The notes under the pieces are model-generated. The model was not told the origin of the DNA. It was given only the letters and a program-made list of their open reading frames with translations, and searched no databases. A stretch of DNA of 64,000 bases from Gordius albopunctatus (Eukaryota): positions 19,282,001 through 19,346,000 of the forward strand of contig OZ193909.1 of the NCBI GenBank assembly GCA_964276515.1, written 5' to 3'. Made by a program: the position numbers and the translations under genes. Shown here piece after piece: positions 48,770 through 62,633 of this stretch (the stretch's first letter is position 1; every line of letters starts with the position of its first letter).

Positions 48770-51700
48770 GCATAATGTTTTTGAATAGTAACTCAATTAA
48801 ATGGGTTAATATATTATTAGTTGCATTAAAGACTTCAAGACACTAATAAAAACATAGAAACATACTATATATACATCTAATTTTTTTATATAACTTTTGT
48901 CAGAATGCGTTGTTAACTTTCCGAATATGCCAGTTTTAACTATAATTTTTAGTAGCTCGTGTGAACTGTTGTAGTTTAAGTAGGAATTATGATTAATTTT
49001 AAGTGTTAAAATTAGTAATTATATGCATTTTTATGGGAGATGTATATACGTAAATAAATCTTTTATAAATACGTGAATAATTAAGCAAGTAAATGAGGAT
49101 TTAAATATTCGTCAATATATATTGAAATAAAAAGATATTGTAGTTTCCTCTAGATGAAATTGACAAGGATGAGGGAGGGTGTTATAAAATGTTAGAGGAG
49201 GGGCCCTTAAAAATAAAGTAGTAACAACATTCCCTATTAAAATTTGTATTAAACGTGTATTTCATTTAAAATGTTTTCTTTAAATCAGGGGATCTTTCAC
49301 CTGCAAGTTTCCTGATTAAGTAATCTATACTTTAAATAATATATATAGTTAGCTATTATTTAATATCCGTCAAGATTCACCCATACATACTGATTGTAAC
49401 TGATGTTTCCTGTATTTCATAAATTTTGTTTTCATAGGCAAGATATGGCTTATTATATTTATGTAATTTTACATATGGCAATTGCATTTTTAAAGTTATT
49501 TTATATATATTTCTAGATAATATTTGTGTTTGTATATATATAAAAATTAAAAAGATTTAAGTATTGGGCTTTTTGGTTAGTATTCTAAAAATTCCTCAAT
49601 TTTACGAACATAAATATATAAATAATATCATATTCTTTATCCCTCTAAATTATTTTCAACAAATATAGATTCTCATGTACTCGAGGCGTTATATCCATTT
49701 TTTCACTTTATCTATAATTTCATAATAACTTAATCATGTTTTTTCCAGCATATTTTATAAAGAAATATAATGATAAATGGACATATGAATAAGAACATTT
49801 ACAAAATTAGGTAAATGTAAAATTAATTATAAGTGAAATATCAAACCTGATGTTTACTGCCAACGATTAAATGACCCCAGATGGTGATTGTCATATATCC
49901 AATGACAACTGGGCCAGGGTTTTTAGAAGGAATGCGCTTAAGAGGAGAGGAAGCGGTGAGCTATAGATGAATAATTGTTTCCAAAAAGGGCTAAGTCCTG
50001 AAACTGACAGGCGATAAATAAGAAGTTGGTCCGGGAAATAGAGCAAAGAAGTCCCCAATTCGTGGAACTGACAGGCGTTTAATAAAGAGTTGAGAAACAG
50101 AGCAGAAAAGTATAACTGTCATCAGAAGAATCCAAAATTCTAGAAAGCGAAGGACTTAAAATATAACTTAACGCAAAAAAATATGTCAAAGAAATGAAAA
50201 CAGTTTTTAATATTGGAACCCAGCTAGTGGGTGAAAGATATTAAAGGATCGGGATATAAGTAGAGCCTTTTATGCGTTTCGCAATACGTATTAAATATTT
50301 TACACAGAAAAAAACCTTCCGTTATAATAATCATGGGAGAATATCCTCTTTCTCAAATATTTAAGTGTTTGCATCCGAACGTGTTAATATTATTCGCATC
50401 TGAACTTCCTTCCCTCATAACCTGCGCACCATTTTACCTCAATATTGATGATATAATAAATAGAGAAATAAGGGTTAAATCGAGGAAAGTATTCTATTTG
50501 TGGAGTCGACATTAACCCTTTAAAACAAAGCACCCGCTAATCATGAAAGTCTTTGGCCAAAAATTAAAGATAGGGTCCCGCATGCAATAGTGACCATCCA
50601 CTTCCCGAAGACGCGAAAGTCATCACTATCACAAAACCAACTCTATTTCTTCAAATTATGCTTCGTATAAAAGTTTAAGAAAGATTAGAGCTTAAAACTT
50701 TTAATCCCCCATGTAAGTAGTGACTGTTTTCTTTAGTTCTATTTGCGATTGTATAACTATGACAATGAACATTTTAGCTTATATAAGATCACGAGTGTAG
50801 TTATTTTATGATTTATATGACAGTGAAGCTAAAATTGATGAATTTAGAAGCCATTTTAAATAAATTGTATAGCAATTAAAACAGATCTTCGCGTCATGCA
50901 TGCGATTAAGGACTATTTCAGTTACCTAAGAATGATTTTAATTTTATGAACAAAATGAAACTTCAATAGGATTGACTTCATTTATTTTTTATTTTATTGC
51001 ATATTAAAATGCTAAAAAGGTTAAGAAACTTGATTTCGACATCACAAAGTTTCTCCAATTAACCTTTATTATTCCCTTATCATTCGTCGTTTCGCTAAGT
51101 TACTACTTATTTTCATGATAAAAAATTTCTATACCTTCCTTTTTTTGCTTTAAGTTAAAAGAATTATCCATAAATTGCATTTAAATTCTATTGATAATTA
51201 TTGTCTTTTTATCAAAAAAGTAAGTTTTAACAGAACACAGATTGACTATAATTAAACTAATTTTATTCAATGAGAAGTTTATTTATGGGTAGGGCAAAGG
51301 GGTTAACTCCAAAGGGGAGTATAATTTTGTTTATTTTAATATATTTTATTATATATGTAAACTTTAAAGTTAATTAAAAAATTGCTACATAAATATTTTC
51401 ATGGACTTATTTTATTAAATATGTCATTAATTTAATGCTTATTTTTTAATTGTGGTTGAAAGAATTTGAGATCGCGAAATTTCGGGCCTAACAGGCAAAT
51501 TTAATATTTCGGGCCGGGCAGTTCGGGCAGCTTTAATGTTTTGGGCGGGCCCGGGCGGGTACCTAGAAGGTTTGGGCGGGCTCGGGCGGGCAATAAAGTT
51601 AAAAAATTGAACCGGGCCGGGTTCGGGCATAAAATTCCTAACAAATCTGACCTCTGATTCACATCCCATTCACAACTAAATTTCGTGCTACCTTTGATGC

Positions 51701-54700
51701 CGCTAAATCAATATCCCTATTGTATATATTGCATCTCACACCGACGATAGAATATGTGAGCTTTGTTTGTGAATAAAGCCCACATTTATAGTATTTATTA
51801 AACTTTGAATAGTTTGTAGCGAGTCTTTAAATCCGTTTTACGACCTGAAACCACTTTTTGCACCCGAATTGGTATCGTCGTAGGTAAAGAAAGTTGTGTT
51901 GCCTAAATTAGCATTATTGATTAAAAATGTGTGTTTTTATTTTAAATAATTGAAACTTTGGCCAATAAGTGCTACCGGCAGGCTTAGCCCGAATTGTAAA
52001 TTAAATAAAGATTCAGGTGTGCCGTGTAAGGTGAGCGAACCAGCAATTTAAGTCAGGCAAAGTTAAGACAATATCGGCGCCTATTATTTTTTTATATTTT
52101 CTCCACAACCACAATACTTCCCGATCTGGACACTACAATACTTCATAACATTCAAATTATGTTTGAATGTTAAATACACAAAACCAATTTTGTCTCATTT
52201 GTCTAACAACAAAAAGCTTGCCTATATTCCTCAAATATAACCTAAATGCATAATAGTAGTAGTATAATAATTGCAATTTGTAAAAACAAGGAATCTAATG
52301 GAAGTTTAAATAACTAAGTTAAATACTTGGAAAAATGAAGTTACTAAAATTTGGCTTGAATTAGCATGATATTTTAGAGGCTTAGATAGTTTTTAGAGAA
52401 ATAATCAAGAATTAAAATTTTCATATTAGAAAACAGGCAATCGGGATTTGTAAAAATAGTGTTAGATTTTGTAGATTATCTCAAATTAAATCTCAAATTG
52501 ATTTAGATAATATATTATTTCTACATGCGCAACACTAACAAGACTCCCATTAATATAATTAAGTTTTTCCACATAATTCGGGGAGATTTTTTCTGACAAT
52601 AGGGAAGGGGGTTCTAACCCGAAACCCCCCCCCCCCCCCCCACGCTACTGCATTGAGCTTACTCTTACAATTTTAAATATTCCCATGGCTTAGTTTTTAT
52701 TCAAATTTGCTAAGTACTCCTACTATTATTATCTAGAAAAGTTATTACGCTGACTTTAATTAATACAATCAATAGTGTAATGGAAAGTTATTGAGCCAAT
52801 GGTCAAACACTAACCTTATTAAAATCCTCAGCTGCCCAAAACTAAATAATAACTCAAATAATATCTAATATTTTTAGATTGACCACACAATATTGTGATA
52901 TTAATAATTAAGCCTTACACCTTGATAGATTAAGAATAGTTAAAATAACTTTTTCCATCTTCTGTTTTGAAAATTTCTTTGGATATATAATTTGTCTAGG
53001 TTGTTGCTTTATAAGGGATCATTGCGAAGCTGGCTAAAAAATTCCCTGCAAATTATATTTATAGTTTTGCAGATGGGTTTGCCCCGTCCCTTTTTTCTTC
53101 TAAAACCGCTATCCACGAACCTAACCTTAAATATAGAGATAATTTTTCACCTTCATTTCACCGTGGCACCTAATATTCGCACGATAATCCATTCTTTTAC
53201 TCGTTAGATTAGATAAAATGTTACCATTTAATTATTGCTTTCTTGTTTATACTATACATAAGCGCCTGATTTGAATAGAGTCTTCTATAGTCACCATTAA
53301 AATTATGGGCTGCTTACACCCAATCGTTTTAATTTATACAGTATCAAAAAAACTCTAAATTGAAAGTTGTACGTTTTGGAAGGATGTCTATAGGCTTTTC
53401 CAAGGTCATACCCTCTATTTGCGTTCCCTTCGCCATTTTGATTAATTTTGAATTGGATAAATATTAATTAATGAAAGAAAACCTATTCCTCACAATCAAG
53501 TATAAAATGCAAAATGATAACCTAGTTTTTTTGCATACAAATATTTAAAAGGCTAATTTTTTGTAAAAACTGCTATGAAACATTTATTAATACTTTATGA
53601 AAATAGTATATATTTAAAAAAAAAATATAAAATTGTACCAGACTCCCTGCTTGACCATTGCTCCCCCCATGGGCATTCTCGCCCCTTCCCACCTTTATCG
53701 CCCATAAATTGCACAGCAAACATGCTACTTTTGCCCTCCCTAAATCACCTAATTCCAATGTTGGCTACGCTCATGAGATAAATTAATTTTTAATTAAAAA
53801 ATTATTGTTGACAAGCAACAGAAGATTCAAATCCTATTATATTACTGGGAATAATGCTGCGAATAAAAAGATTTTACATAAGGTGACAGAACGTCAGAAA
53901 TAACGCTATTAATAAATTAATAATTAAAAAAAAATCAATTTTGGATCTTTTTTGAGCCTCAATCGGGCTTCAGAAGATTGCTGCATCTTGGATCCTACGA
54001 AAATCATCGGGCTTCTCAGATTATATTTTAAATAATTTTTTGAACTGCAAAGCCAAGAATTTTAAGATTGAATTGAAAAATATGATGAATCCATCGTTGC
54101 AAAATAATATAATTTTCAACAGATCATTTATCGAAACTTTTATGGTTTTTCTCACTTATTAGCAATTAAATTTATAATATGCTACGAGATAATTTCAGAT
54201 TCTGAATTCATAATTTGTTTAAAATTTACAAAGGCTTAAAAACATTATTTTTTGGAGGGGCTAACAAAAACATCAAGCTTGGATTGAGCTCAGCCAAATG
54301 AAAAACAATGTGCAGAACTCTCGCCTAAGCAGGTGTTATTAATAACAAATTTAGAGCCATAAATTATCACAAGCATTAAATGCTGTCAAGTTGAAAAGGG
54401 GAAACAACTAAAAAATAATTTTATAGAGGAATTTCATGTTAGTTTTAAAAGTAGACATTTATTATAGAAATAATTTTAATTTTTAGAACAAATAAAGGTA
54501 CAAAGTGAGACTTTACTCACATCAACTTAATTATGTGTTGTGTTAAAAAATTTTAAAACCAAATTAGCTTTCTATGTTCTAATATTACACCAGCCTCAAT
54601 AGAATTTAAAATTAAAATTTGGCTGGACAAACTCACATGGATGCCACATTTTGTATATAGATCTTTAATCAAATTGCAAAAAAATCCTATAAATGTTTTC

Positions 54701-56799
54701 GATATTTGAATAAAAAATTTGAAAACTCCTCCCAAATTAAAGTACTGCGTACACCCCTGGCACTAGCATGGATATATAAATTGTACCCAAATTTCATTAA
54801 TAATAATTACCCAGCGTTATAATTGGAAAATTAAACATAAAGCTTACCTATTTTTGGTCGCGTTATATTTTAGCAAATATATATAATTTATTCATCCACA
54901 TCTAATATTTAAATTTATCGATTTACAGTCAAAAACGTTTAATTGCGAAGCCTTGGGCCTCAAAAAAAATTGGCGATTAACTGATATTTCGCGATTAAAC
55001 GATGGAAAAAGAGAAAATATTGAATAAAACTCGGGCCTTCGGCCCTCGTGGGAAGAGACGGGGGAAGGGAAGGGGGAACGAAACTCATCTATACTGCGTA
55101 TAAACGTAGCATATTTGCTATGCAATTTATGGGCGAGAAAGGTGGCAAGGGGCGAGAATGCCTTAAGGGTGGTATTAAATGCAAAATAATTGGACTGACG
55201 GGCATAGGGTAAATATCAATGGTAACCAATTTAAAAAAAATGAAAAAAATTTCGAATTACATTTTGGCCAATGGTCATTTTTTCCATTGGTCAGTAGCCT
55301 GCGGACGACCAAAAAGTCATATTATCAATGGTATTAACAAGAACAAAATAATGTAAAAAATAAAAATCTTGCCCTCTCCGGGATTCTAACCCACATTAAT
55401 AAAGGCATAGGCTTTTGTAGGGGCACAGGGACCCATATCAGTAGAGGCATAGGCCCTTGTAGGGGAGGGCCAGTTCATATGTAATCAAAATTAAATGGAG
55501 TAATTTTAGAAAATAGCGAGTCCAGTTATTCTTCAATTAAATCCCAAATGGTGTTCAAAAAATTTTGATTATCTTAGTTAGCATGTGGGTAGCCAGCATT
55601 GGAATTACAGAAGGGCAATAATAATTTAGAGAGGGGCAGAATGATAATTTTTGAAATTTTAGCCTTTAAAATATTCATTTAAGCAGCCGGGGGGGCAGAG
55701 ATGGGCGGCTGCCCCCCGCTAAATCCAAAAATATGTTGAAATTTATTAAAATTATGGCTAAGACTTTAAAAAATGATCATTTTGCCTCTCCCTAAATCAT
55801 TATTGCCCCCATCTAATTTTATTGCTGGCTATGCCAATGATAACGAAATTTTTGTTTCAATAGAAATTTGTTTCTAGAGCATGACATTAGAAAAGCAACA
55901 TTGTTAGAGTTTCTTTATCGGGCGGAGGGAAGGATTTTCGAAGCAAACCTCACTCTCACAAATTTTTTAAAATATTTGGATAGTTAATAAATATATTAAA
56001 AATGGAATAAAAAATAATGCAACCTGTCCCCCATGATCAAAATTTTTTAAAAAATCAAAAGCGAAACTTACTCTTCTCCTGATTATGAAATAAACATGAG
56101 AATAAGAGATTTATTATTTAAATGTGATCACAAGGTATTTTTACCAAAACAAATTTAAAAAATGGACTACTATATAATTATTACATAAATATGCCTAAAA
56201 AGTTTGCATTTAGTGTAAAACATATTAGTTATAAAATTTAAATGTAAAATATTTGTATTATATATTATATAAAATTATAAGCACTATACTTATAAAAATA
56301 TACTTACGTGAAATGATGTTAATGAATTATAATATATAAGTTTATATTATTGCAGGACGAAGTTTGGAATATTTAAATATTTAGAAAATGTTGATGCGTG
56401 ATAATAATAAAAAGTTAATTGTATAGCGGGGTTAGAAACCGTATGGATGGACAAAAAAGGGAAGATAGATTTTATTTTTCACACTGACTTTAAATCGAAA
56501 AGTTCCTAGATGTAAGAATTTAAATTATTTTTTTAAACTCCAAAAATCTCTAACAATCTTGGAGCTCCGTCCGCTCCCTCGACAGTTATTAAATAATAGT
56601 GTTTGTTTCTTAATTTTGTTTACCCCACTTCTTAAGTTTTAACAGACGATCTAAATTACAATGTTATACAAATTTGAAAAATTCAAATAAAATTGATATT
56701 CTTTTTGCTTAATTCCAATCATATATTTTCAAACATAGCAAATACAAAACGACGAAATATTTGTATGCATTTAGTTAGTAACACATCTAAAAATATTAT

Positions 56800-58067
56800 T
56801 TGCCCTTGCCGGGATTCGAACCCACATTAATACAATTAAGAGGCATAGGTTTTTGTAGGGGCACAGGGACCCATCTCAGTAGAGGCATAGGCCCTTGTAG
56901 GGGAGGAAATAGGGTAATTATCAATGTTAACCTAATATACCAATTCAAAAAACGAAGAAAAAAATTTCGAATCACAATTTGGCCAATGGTCATTTTTTTA
57001 TTGGTCAGCACCAAGAGACGGTCTATAAATACATACGAGTTAAAAAAAAACGAAAAAAAAATTTCGAATCACATTTTGGCCAATGGTCATTTTTTTCAAT
57101 TGGTTAGTACCCAGAGACGGTCTATAAATACATACGAGTCAAAAAAAACGAAAAAATAATTTCGATTCACATTTTGGCCAATGGTCATTTTTTTCAATGG
57201 TCAGCAGCCAGCGGACGACCAAAAAGCCATATTATCAATGGTATTAACAAGAACAATATATTAATTTAATTTAAAAATAAAATAAAAATTTTGCCTCTCC
57301 GGGATTCGAACCCGCATTAGTAGAGGCATAAGCCTTTGTAGGGGCATAGGGACCCATATCAGTAGAGGCATAGGCCTTTGTAGGGGAGGGCATAGGATAA
57401 TTAGGAATGTTAACCAATTCAAAAACAAAAAAAAATGTCGAATCATATTTTGGCCAATGGTAATTTTTTTTAATGGTCACTAGCCAGAACACGGTCAGAA
57501 AGTCATATTATCAATGGTATTAACAAGAACAATATATTAATTTAATTTAAAAAAAAATAAAAAGTTTGCCTCTCCGGGATTCGAACCAGCAATTCAGAAC
57601 GTTCGTCGGGATTCGAACCCACATTAATAGAGGCATAGGCTTTTGTAGGGGCACAGGGACCCATATCAGTAGAGGCATAGGCACTTGTAGTGAAGGGCAT
57701 AGGATAATTATCAATGTTATTACCCAATTCAAAAACGAAAAAAAAATTAATACATACGAGTCAAAAAAACGAAAAAAAAATTTCAAATCACATTTTGGCC
57801 AATGGTCATTTTTTCAATGGTCAGCAGGCAGCAGACGACCAAAAAGCCATATTATCAATGTTATTAACAAGAACAATATATTAATTTAATTTAAAAATAA
57901 AATAAAAATTTTTCCCTCTCCGGGATTCGAACCCGCATTAGTAAAGGCATAAGCCTTTGTAGGGGCATAGGGACCCATATCAGTAGAGGCATAGGCCTTT
58001 GTAGGGGAGGGCATAGGATAATTAGCAATATTAACCAATTCAAAAACAAAAAAAAATTTCGAATCAT
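56800..58067. repeat. Tandem array of modules of the HINE-like repeat, about four units of ~300 bp
   Basis: Repeated GGGATTCGAACCC...AGTAGAGGCATAGGCC(C/T)TTGTAGGGG and TTTGGCCAATGGTCATTTTT...AAAAGTCATATTATCAATGGTATTAACAAGAAC blocks. Confidence 0.9.
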
Positions 58068-58740
58068 ATGGTACAACTTTTTTTCAGTAGTTTTGGTGTA
58101 TCAACTTCAATTTTTTTGCCTTTTTATCCCTTTAACACCATTGGGATTTGTTTTTATGTCAACTTTTGCCAAAACTATTTCTCTATCTTCTTGATGAGCT
58201 AATGTCTTATCTTCTTGATCAACTAATGTCTTAGGTGATTTAGAATTATGGGATTCTAGATAACTATCATTCAGCGTGTTGTCTAAATGATTTACATTAT
58301 TTTTGCTATTTATATTTAGTATAATATCCTCTGGTGGTGGATCAAAACTTTCATCAATGCACTCCTCACAATCCTCCTTTTGCCAAGGGGATTTTATTTG
58401 AGTATTAAATGATTTCTTTTTCCCATAAGTTTGCAAATAGCTAATTGATTTCATTTGAGTTCTTTCTTCAAACGAAATGGTTGAATCTTTAAGAGATTGT
58501 AGGGTTTCTATTCTTTTGTTCCGTTTTGTCTTTTGATCATGCAATTTTTTCAACTTTTTAATTTTTGTTTTACTTTGTATCTTAATTTTGCTCATTTTAT
58601 CTTTTTTTATAATTTTTTGTTCGTTAGATTTTGGCAAAAGTAAAAAGGCATTAGCCTCATCATATTTATCTTCCTTGATAGAGATACTGCTAAGTCCTCC
58701 TTCAGCCACAGGATATTTTGTGCCCTTACAAAACTTCATT
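58068..58740 (-). pseudogene. N-terminal fragment of a DEAH-box helicase DHX37/kurz-like gene
   Basis: KYDEANAFLLLP...SKTKIKKLKKL...KRNKRIETLQSL...MKSISYLQTYGKKK resembles the DHX37 N-terminus; frameshift near 58115; no helicase core follows. Confidence 0.6.
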
Positions 58741-58744
58741 AACG

Positions 58745-60457
58745 ACGGTCCCAAGTCCGTGTGAAAAAAGTGGAGGGTTGGCGTCAGGTCGGAAGCCGGC
58801 TGTAAAAAGCAACTCCAAACACCATAGCAGCTTCAAATACGAACTTATACCAGAATGCTAGGGCGTCCTCCCCAAACGACGCGCATTGCATCATCCGCCC
58901 GTGCAATGTGAAAAGTATACAAGGGTCACCGCCTCTCTCACAACGAAGGCGGTTAAGGAACCTAGTTGTCGAACGGTCAAGAGTGGCTAGCTGGAATGTG
59001 GGCACGCTGACGGGGAAGAGCATTGAGGTTGCGCAGATGCTAAAAAGGCGAAGGATACACATAGCGTGTCTACAAGAAACGCGGTGGCATGGAACAAAAG
59101 CCAGGGAGCTAGGAGATGGTTACAAGCTATACTACTCGGGTTCCCCATCACGGAAGAACGGGGTCGGTATAGTGCTTAGCGATTCCTTTAAGGACAAGGT
59201 AGTCGAAGTCAAACGATGCTCAGATAGATTGATGTGCATAAAGCTGGCGGATCAAGGCGGCCTTGTCAATGTTATTTGTGCGTATTCGCCCCAGGTTGGA
59301 TGTTCCGAAAATGAGAAAGACGAATTCTATGAGAAGCTCGAAAAAGAAATACGCTACGTGAAACCTGACGAGAATCTCATCATCGGAGCCGACTTTAATG
59401 GGCACGTTGGGAAAGAAAGGGGCGTGTACGAACGAAATCACGGCGGGCATGGCTATGGGGTAAAAAATAAAGAGGGAGAGAAGTTACTACAGATGGCGCA
59501 AGCTTACGATATGGCCATTGTGAATACCTTCTTTCAGAAGCGTACCGAACATTTAGCGACGTACAGTAGTGGAAATCACCTTACACAGGTCGACTACATA
59601 TCAGTGAAGCGCAAAAATTTGTGGCAAGTTAAAGATTGCAAGGTTATACCGGGGGAAGAAATCGCCAAACAACATCGGCCAGTTGTCCTCGAAATAGCAA
59701 GAAAGATTTTTCCTGTAAGGAGAAAAGTCTACACACCAAGGACAAAGTACGAAAAGCTTGTTAAAGGTCAGCGAGAAGAAAACGGTTTACATGCAAACGA
59801 TGGGCGGTAGTCCGCAAATGCACAAAAATGACGGTCCAATGTACAAGGAGGTTGATAAGTTCACATATCTTGGCTCGCTATTACATCAAGAGGGAGGATG
59901 TACCGCCGAAGTCCATTCTCGGATCAAGAAAGCATGGCTCAAGTGGCGCAGAATCTCCGGTGTCATGTGTGACAAAAAGATACCAATTTGGTTGAAAAGC
60001 AAGGCGTACAAAACCATCGTGCGACCGGTCTTGCTTTACGGGAGCGAAACATGTGCTGTAACCACCGCGGAGGAGAAACTCTTGCAAGTCACGGAAATGA
60101 GAATGGTGCGATGGAGCTTAGGCTACACCAAGCTGGATCGCATGACGAACGAATCCTTGATGACAAAGATGGGTATACAAGCGACGAAGGACTTCTTAAG
60201 AGAAAATCGATTGCGGTGGTACGGCCATGTATTACGAAGAGACGAAGACGATGTCACACGCCGAACGCTGGAGATGGACGTGCCTGGAAGAAGAGGAAGG
60301 GGCAGACCACGTGCCACCTGGAAACGACTGGTCGAAAAGGATATGGACGTCAAACAGATGGAAATTGGCATGGCATTCACACGACTCAGATGGAAGAGGC
60401 TGCTGAAAACGTACCCCACGTCTGTGGGATTTTCAACACGATAAAGAAGAAGAAGAG
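58745..60457 (+). mobile_element. RTE-clade LINE with intact APE endonuclease and deleted RT core
   Basis: ASWNVGTL, CLQETRW, AYSPQVG, ADFNGHVG, QVDYI, QHRPVV, then a jump near 59750 to KKTVYM...FTYLGS...VLLYGSE...RLRWYGHV...RGRPR; (GAA)n tail at 60445-60456. Confidence 0.93.
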
Positions 60458-61370
60458 GTCATTTTTTTCATTGGTCAGTAGCCAGCGGAAGGTCAAAAAG
60501 TCATATTATCAATGGTATTAACAAGAACAAAATATTAATTTAATTAAAAAAAATAAAAAATTTTGTCCTCTCCGGGGATTGAACACGAACCTCCGGGTTA
60601 GGAAGCCATTGTAAATAACTTGGTGGACGACGGACGACGGACGGACAACAAAAAACGAGCCCATAAATTGCATAGCAATTAATATAATATAAAGACATAT
60701 AGTAAACAATTAATATTCATTTCTTACGCTTCACAATAAAACGATATTTTATATAATTGTATGGTTGATTTAAGGAATCGAAAATGTTTGTGAATATCCG
60801 ACATTGTAATATTAAGCGATTTGTCAATAAACGATGTTTTTTTAATATTATTGTTTGGAAAAAACAAAATGGCGGTTAACTTCGCGATTAAAAGATTTCG
60901 CGATAATCCTATTTGCGATTAAGAAGTTTCAACTGTATTAGACATGCACCTAGCACTTTACCACGTAAAAATTGACCTTGCTGCACCCTATCAAACCTGA
61001 GGTTTGTTGATCAAAATGATCTCTCTAACCCTAATTAAATTTAACGCTCTTTATATAGCATTACCATTCAAAACGTCATGCGGAAGCTTATTTATATAAG
61101 AACATACACATTTAACATTAGCCAATCCGACTCAAACGTTAAAATACTTAAGATTTATATGCCACTTATTTGAATTTAAAACAAAGATATGACACCAACT
61201 CAAAATAGATACCAACTGAAAAATTTATTTAATGTATATATATATATAATATAAGTAACATTTATTAATAATTTGAAATCCATATAAATGGATTGAACAT
61301 TAAAATAATCACATTAGAGACAAAAACACAAACATTAACAAGAAAGTTTCATAAATTAATTGATTGTTAT

Positions 61371-62633
61371 TTAGGAAATCGGAGATACTCTTGTTTTCAT
61401 AAAATTAAAAGCATTTATCCTATAAAATTTATTGAACATTAAGTTGATGTAAAAAGTGCATGACACATAGATAGATTGTAGAAGTAACATAAAGATGTAA
61501 ATCATAGCTAAATTTCTGTGTTGAAATTTGGATGGCCACCAATTCATTAAGCTTTGATTCACAGAAACGGGTAAGAGTAAAATAAAAAACTCTACAGTTA
61601 AAACAACGAATGTTCTCTTATGTTGCAATGTTTCTGCTAATTTTCTGTCCAGCTTATTTCCTGTCTCATTAATTGGACCACTATTAATTGCATTCGCGGT
61701 CAGATTTTCATTGTTTGATTGACTTTTGCGTTTAGCAATCCAATCTGCCATTTTACGGCTCCAAAGCAAAACCATGAATTTGGAAATTACAACTATTACG
61801 AATGGAATTATTAAAATAAAAAGTTCACGGAATATTTGATATAAATGCCAATGCTTTCCTCTAGGCCAATCGTACGTATTGGCTCTATAGGTATAAACTT
61901 TCGCAAACGTTTGGTTAACACCTGGAATCCTCAAGATGTTATAATATTGTTGACCAGACTCACTAGTGTTAAGACACATTTTGAATTTAAACGTTTGAAA
62001 CCAGTAATAAATTGGTATAAACCACGCGGCCGAATATATAAAGCAAATGCTTAGAGCAATGTTAATACGATTCGTAGTGACTATGTGACGATATTGAAAA
62101 GGTCGGATTACTGCGATCATCTGGTTGGCAAAGTAAAGGACGTAAATCAAAAATCCAAAACACACCATTGATTTGCTGATTGGATAATGGACATGTGCGA
62201 TGTAATTCATCCAAGATAACGTTTTCCAATGCAGATTTAAACTTTCATCCACATTTAATTCAATCACTGGTGAGGGTATTAGGAACAAGGAATTAAACAA
62301 GTTGACAGCAAAAAACCATGCTAGTAAATATTCGTTATATGAAAGCTTTTTTTTCTTAACATTATCGACAGTGGTTGGGCCATCGGTTGTGGCTAGCGCT
62401 GTAGAACGTCGATTTTCCAATCTCGGCGTCATAGCTCTAATGGCTAAATGAAGACCAAGTCCGTTGCCTATAACACCTAGCAGCACTAATATAATAGAAA
62501 ACACGCGATTAAATAAATTCATAGGATTTTCACTGAAAAGGACAATCTGTTCAAACGTTACACAAGATCCCAAAGACTCATTTGGTTCTTGCTGATTACT
62601 TAATTCGCGCGAAACGCTAAAGTTATAGTCCAT
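61371..62633 (-). CDS. Intronless rhodopsin-family (class A) GPCR, peptide-receptor-like, 420 aa
   Basis: Seven hydrophobic segments; TM1 LGVIGN, TM3 end QMIAVIRPFQYR, TM5 IIPF, TM6 FFILLLP, TM7 FYINLMFNKFYR; N-terminal N-glycosylation sequons. Confidence 0.88.
   Translation of the reverse strand: MDYNFSVSRELSNQQEPNESLGSCVTFEQIVLFSENPMNLFNRVFSIILVLLGVIGNGLGLHLAIRAMTPRLENRRSTALATTDGPTTVDNVKKKKLSYNEYLLAWFFAVNLFNSLFLIPSPVIELNVDESLNLHWKTLSWMNYIAHVHYPISKSMVCFGFLIYVLYFANQMIAVIRPFQYRHIVTTNRINIALSICFIYSAAWFIPIYYWFQTFKFKMCLNTSESGQQYYNILRIPGVNQTFAKVYTYRANTYDWPRGKHWHLYQIFRELFILIIPFVIVVISKFMVLLWSRKMADWIAKRKSQSNNENLTANAINSGPINETGNKLDRKLAETLQHKRTFVVLTVEFFILLLPVSVNQSLMNWWPSKFQHRNLAMIYIFMLLLQSIYVSCTFYINLMFNKFYRINAFNFMKTRVSPIS

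Noticed and set aside
56800..58067. CRISPR-like repeat-spacer array, and the ORFs across it
   Set aside because: The intervening sequences are themselves repeated, the context is eukaryotic and there are no cas genes; the ORFs are repeat translations.
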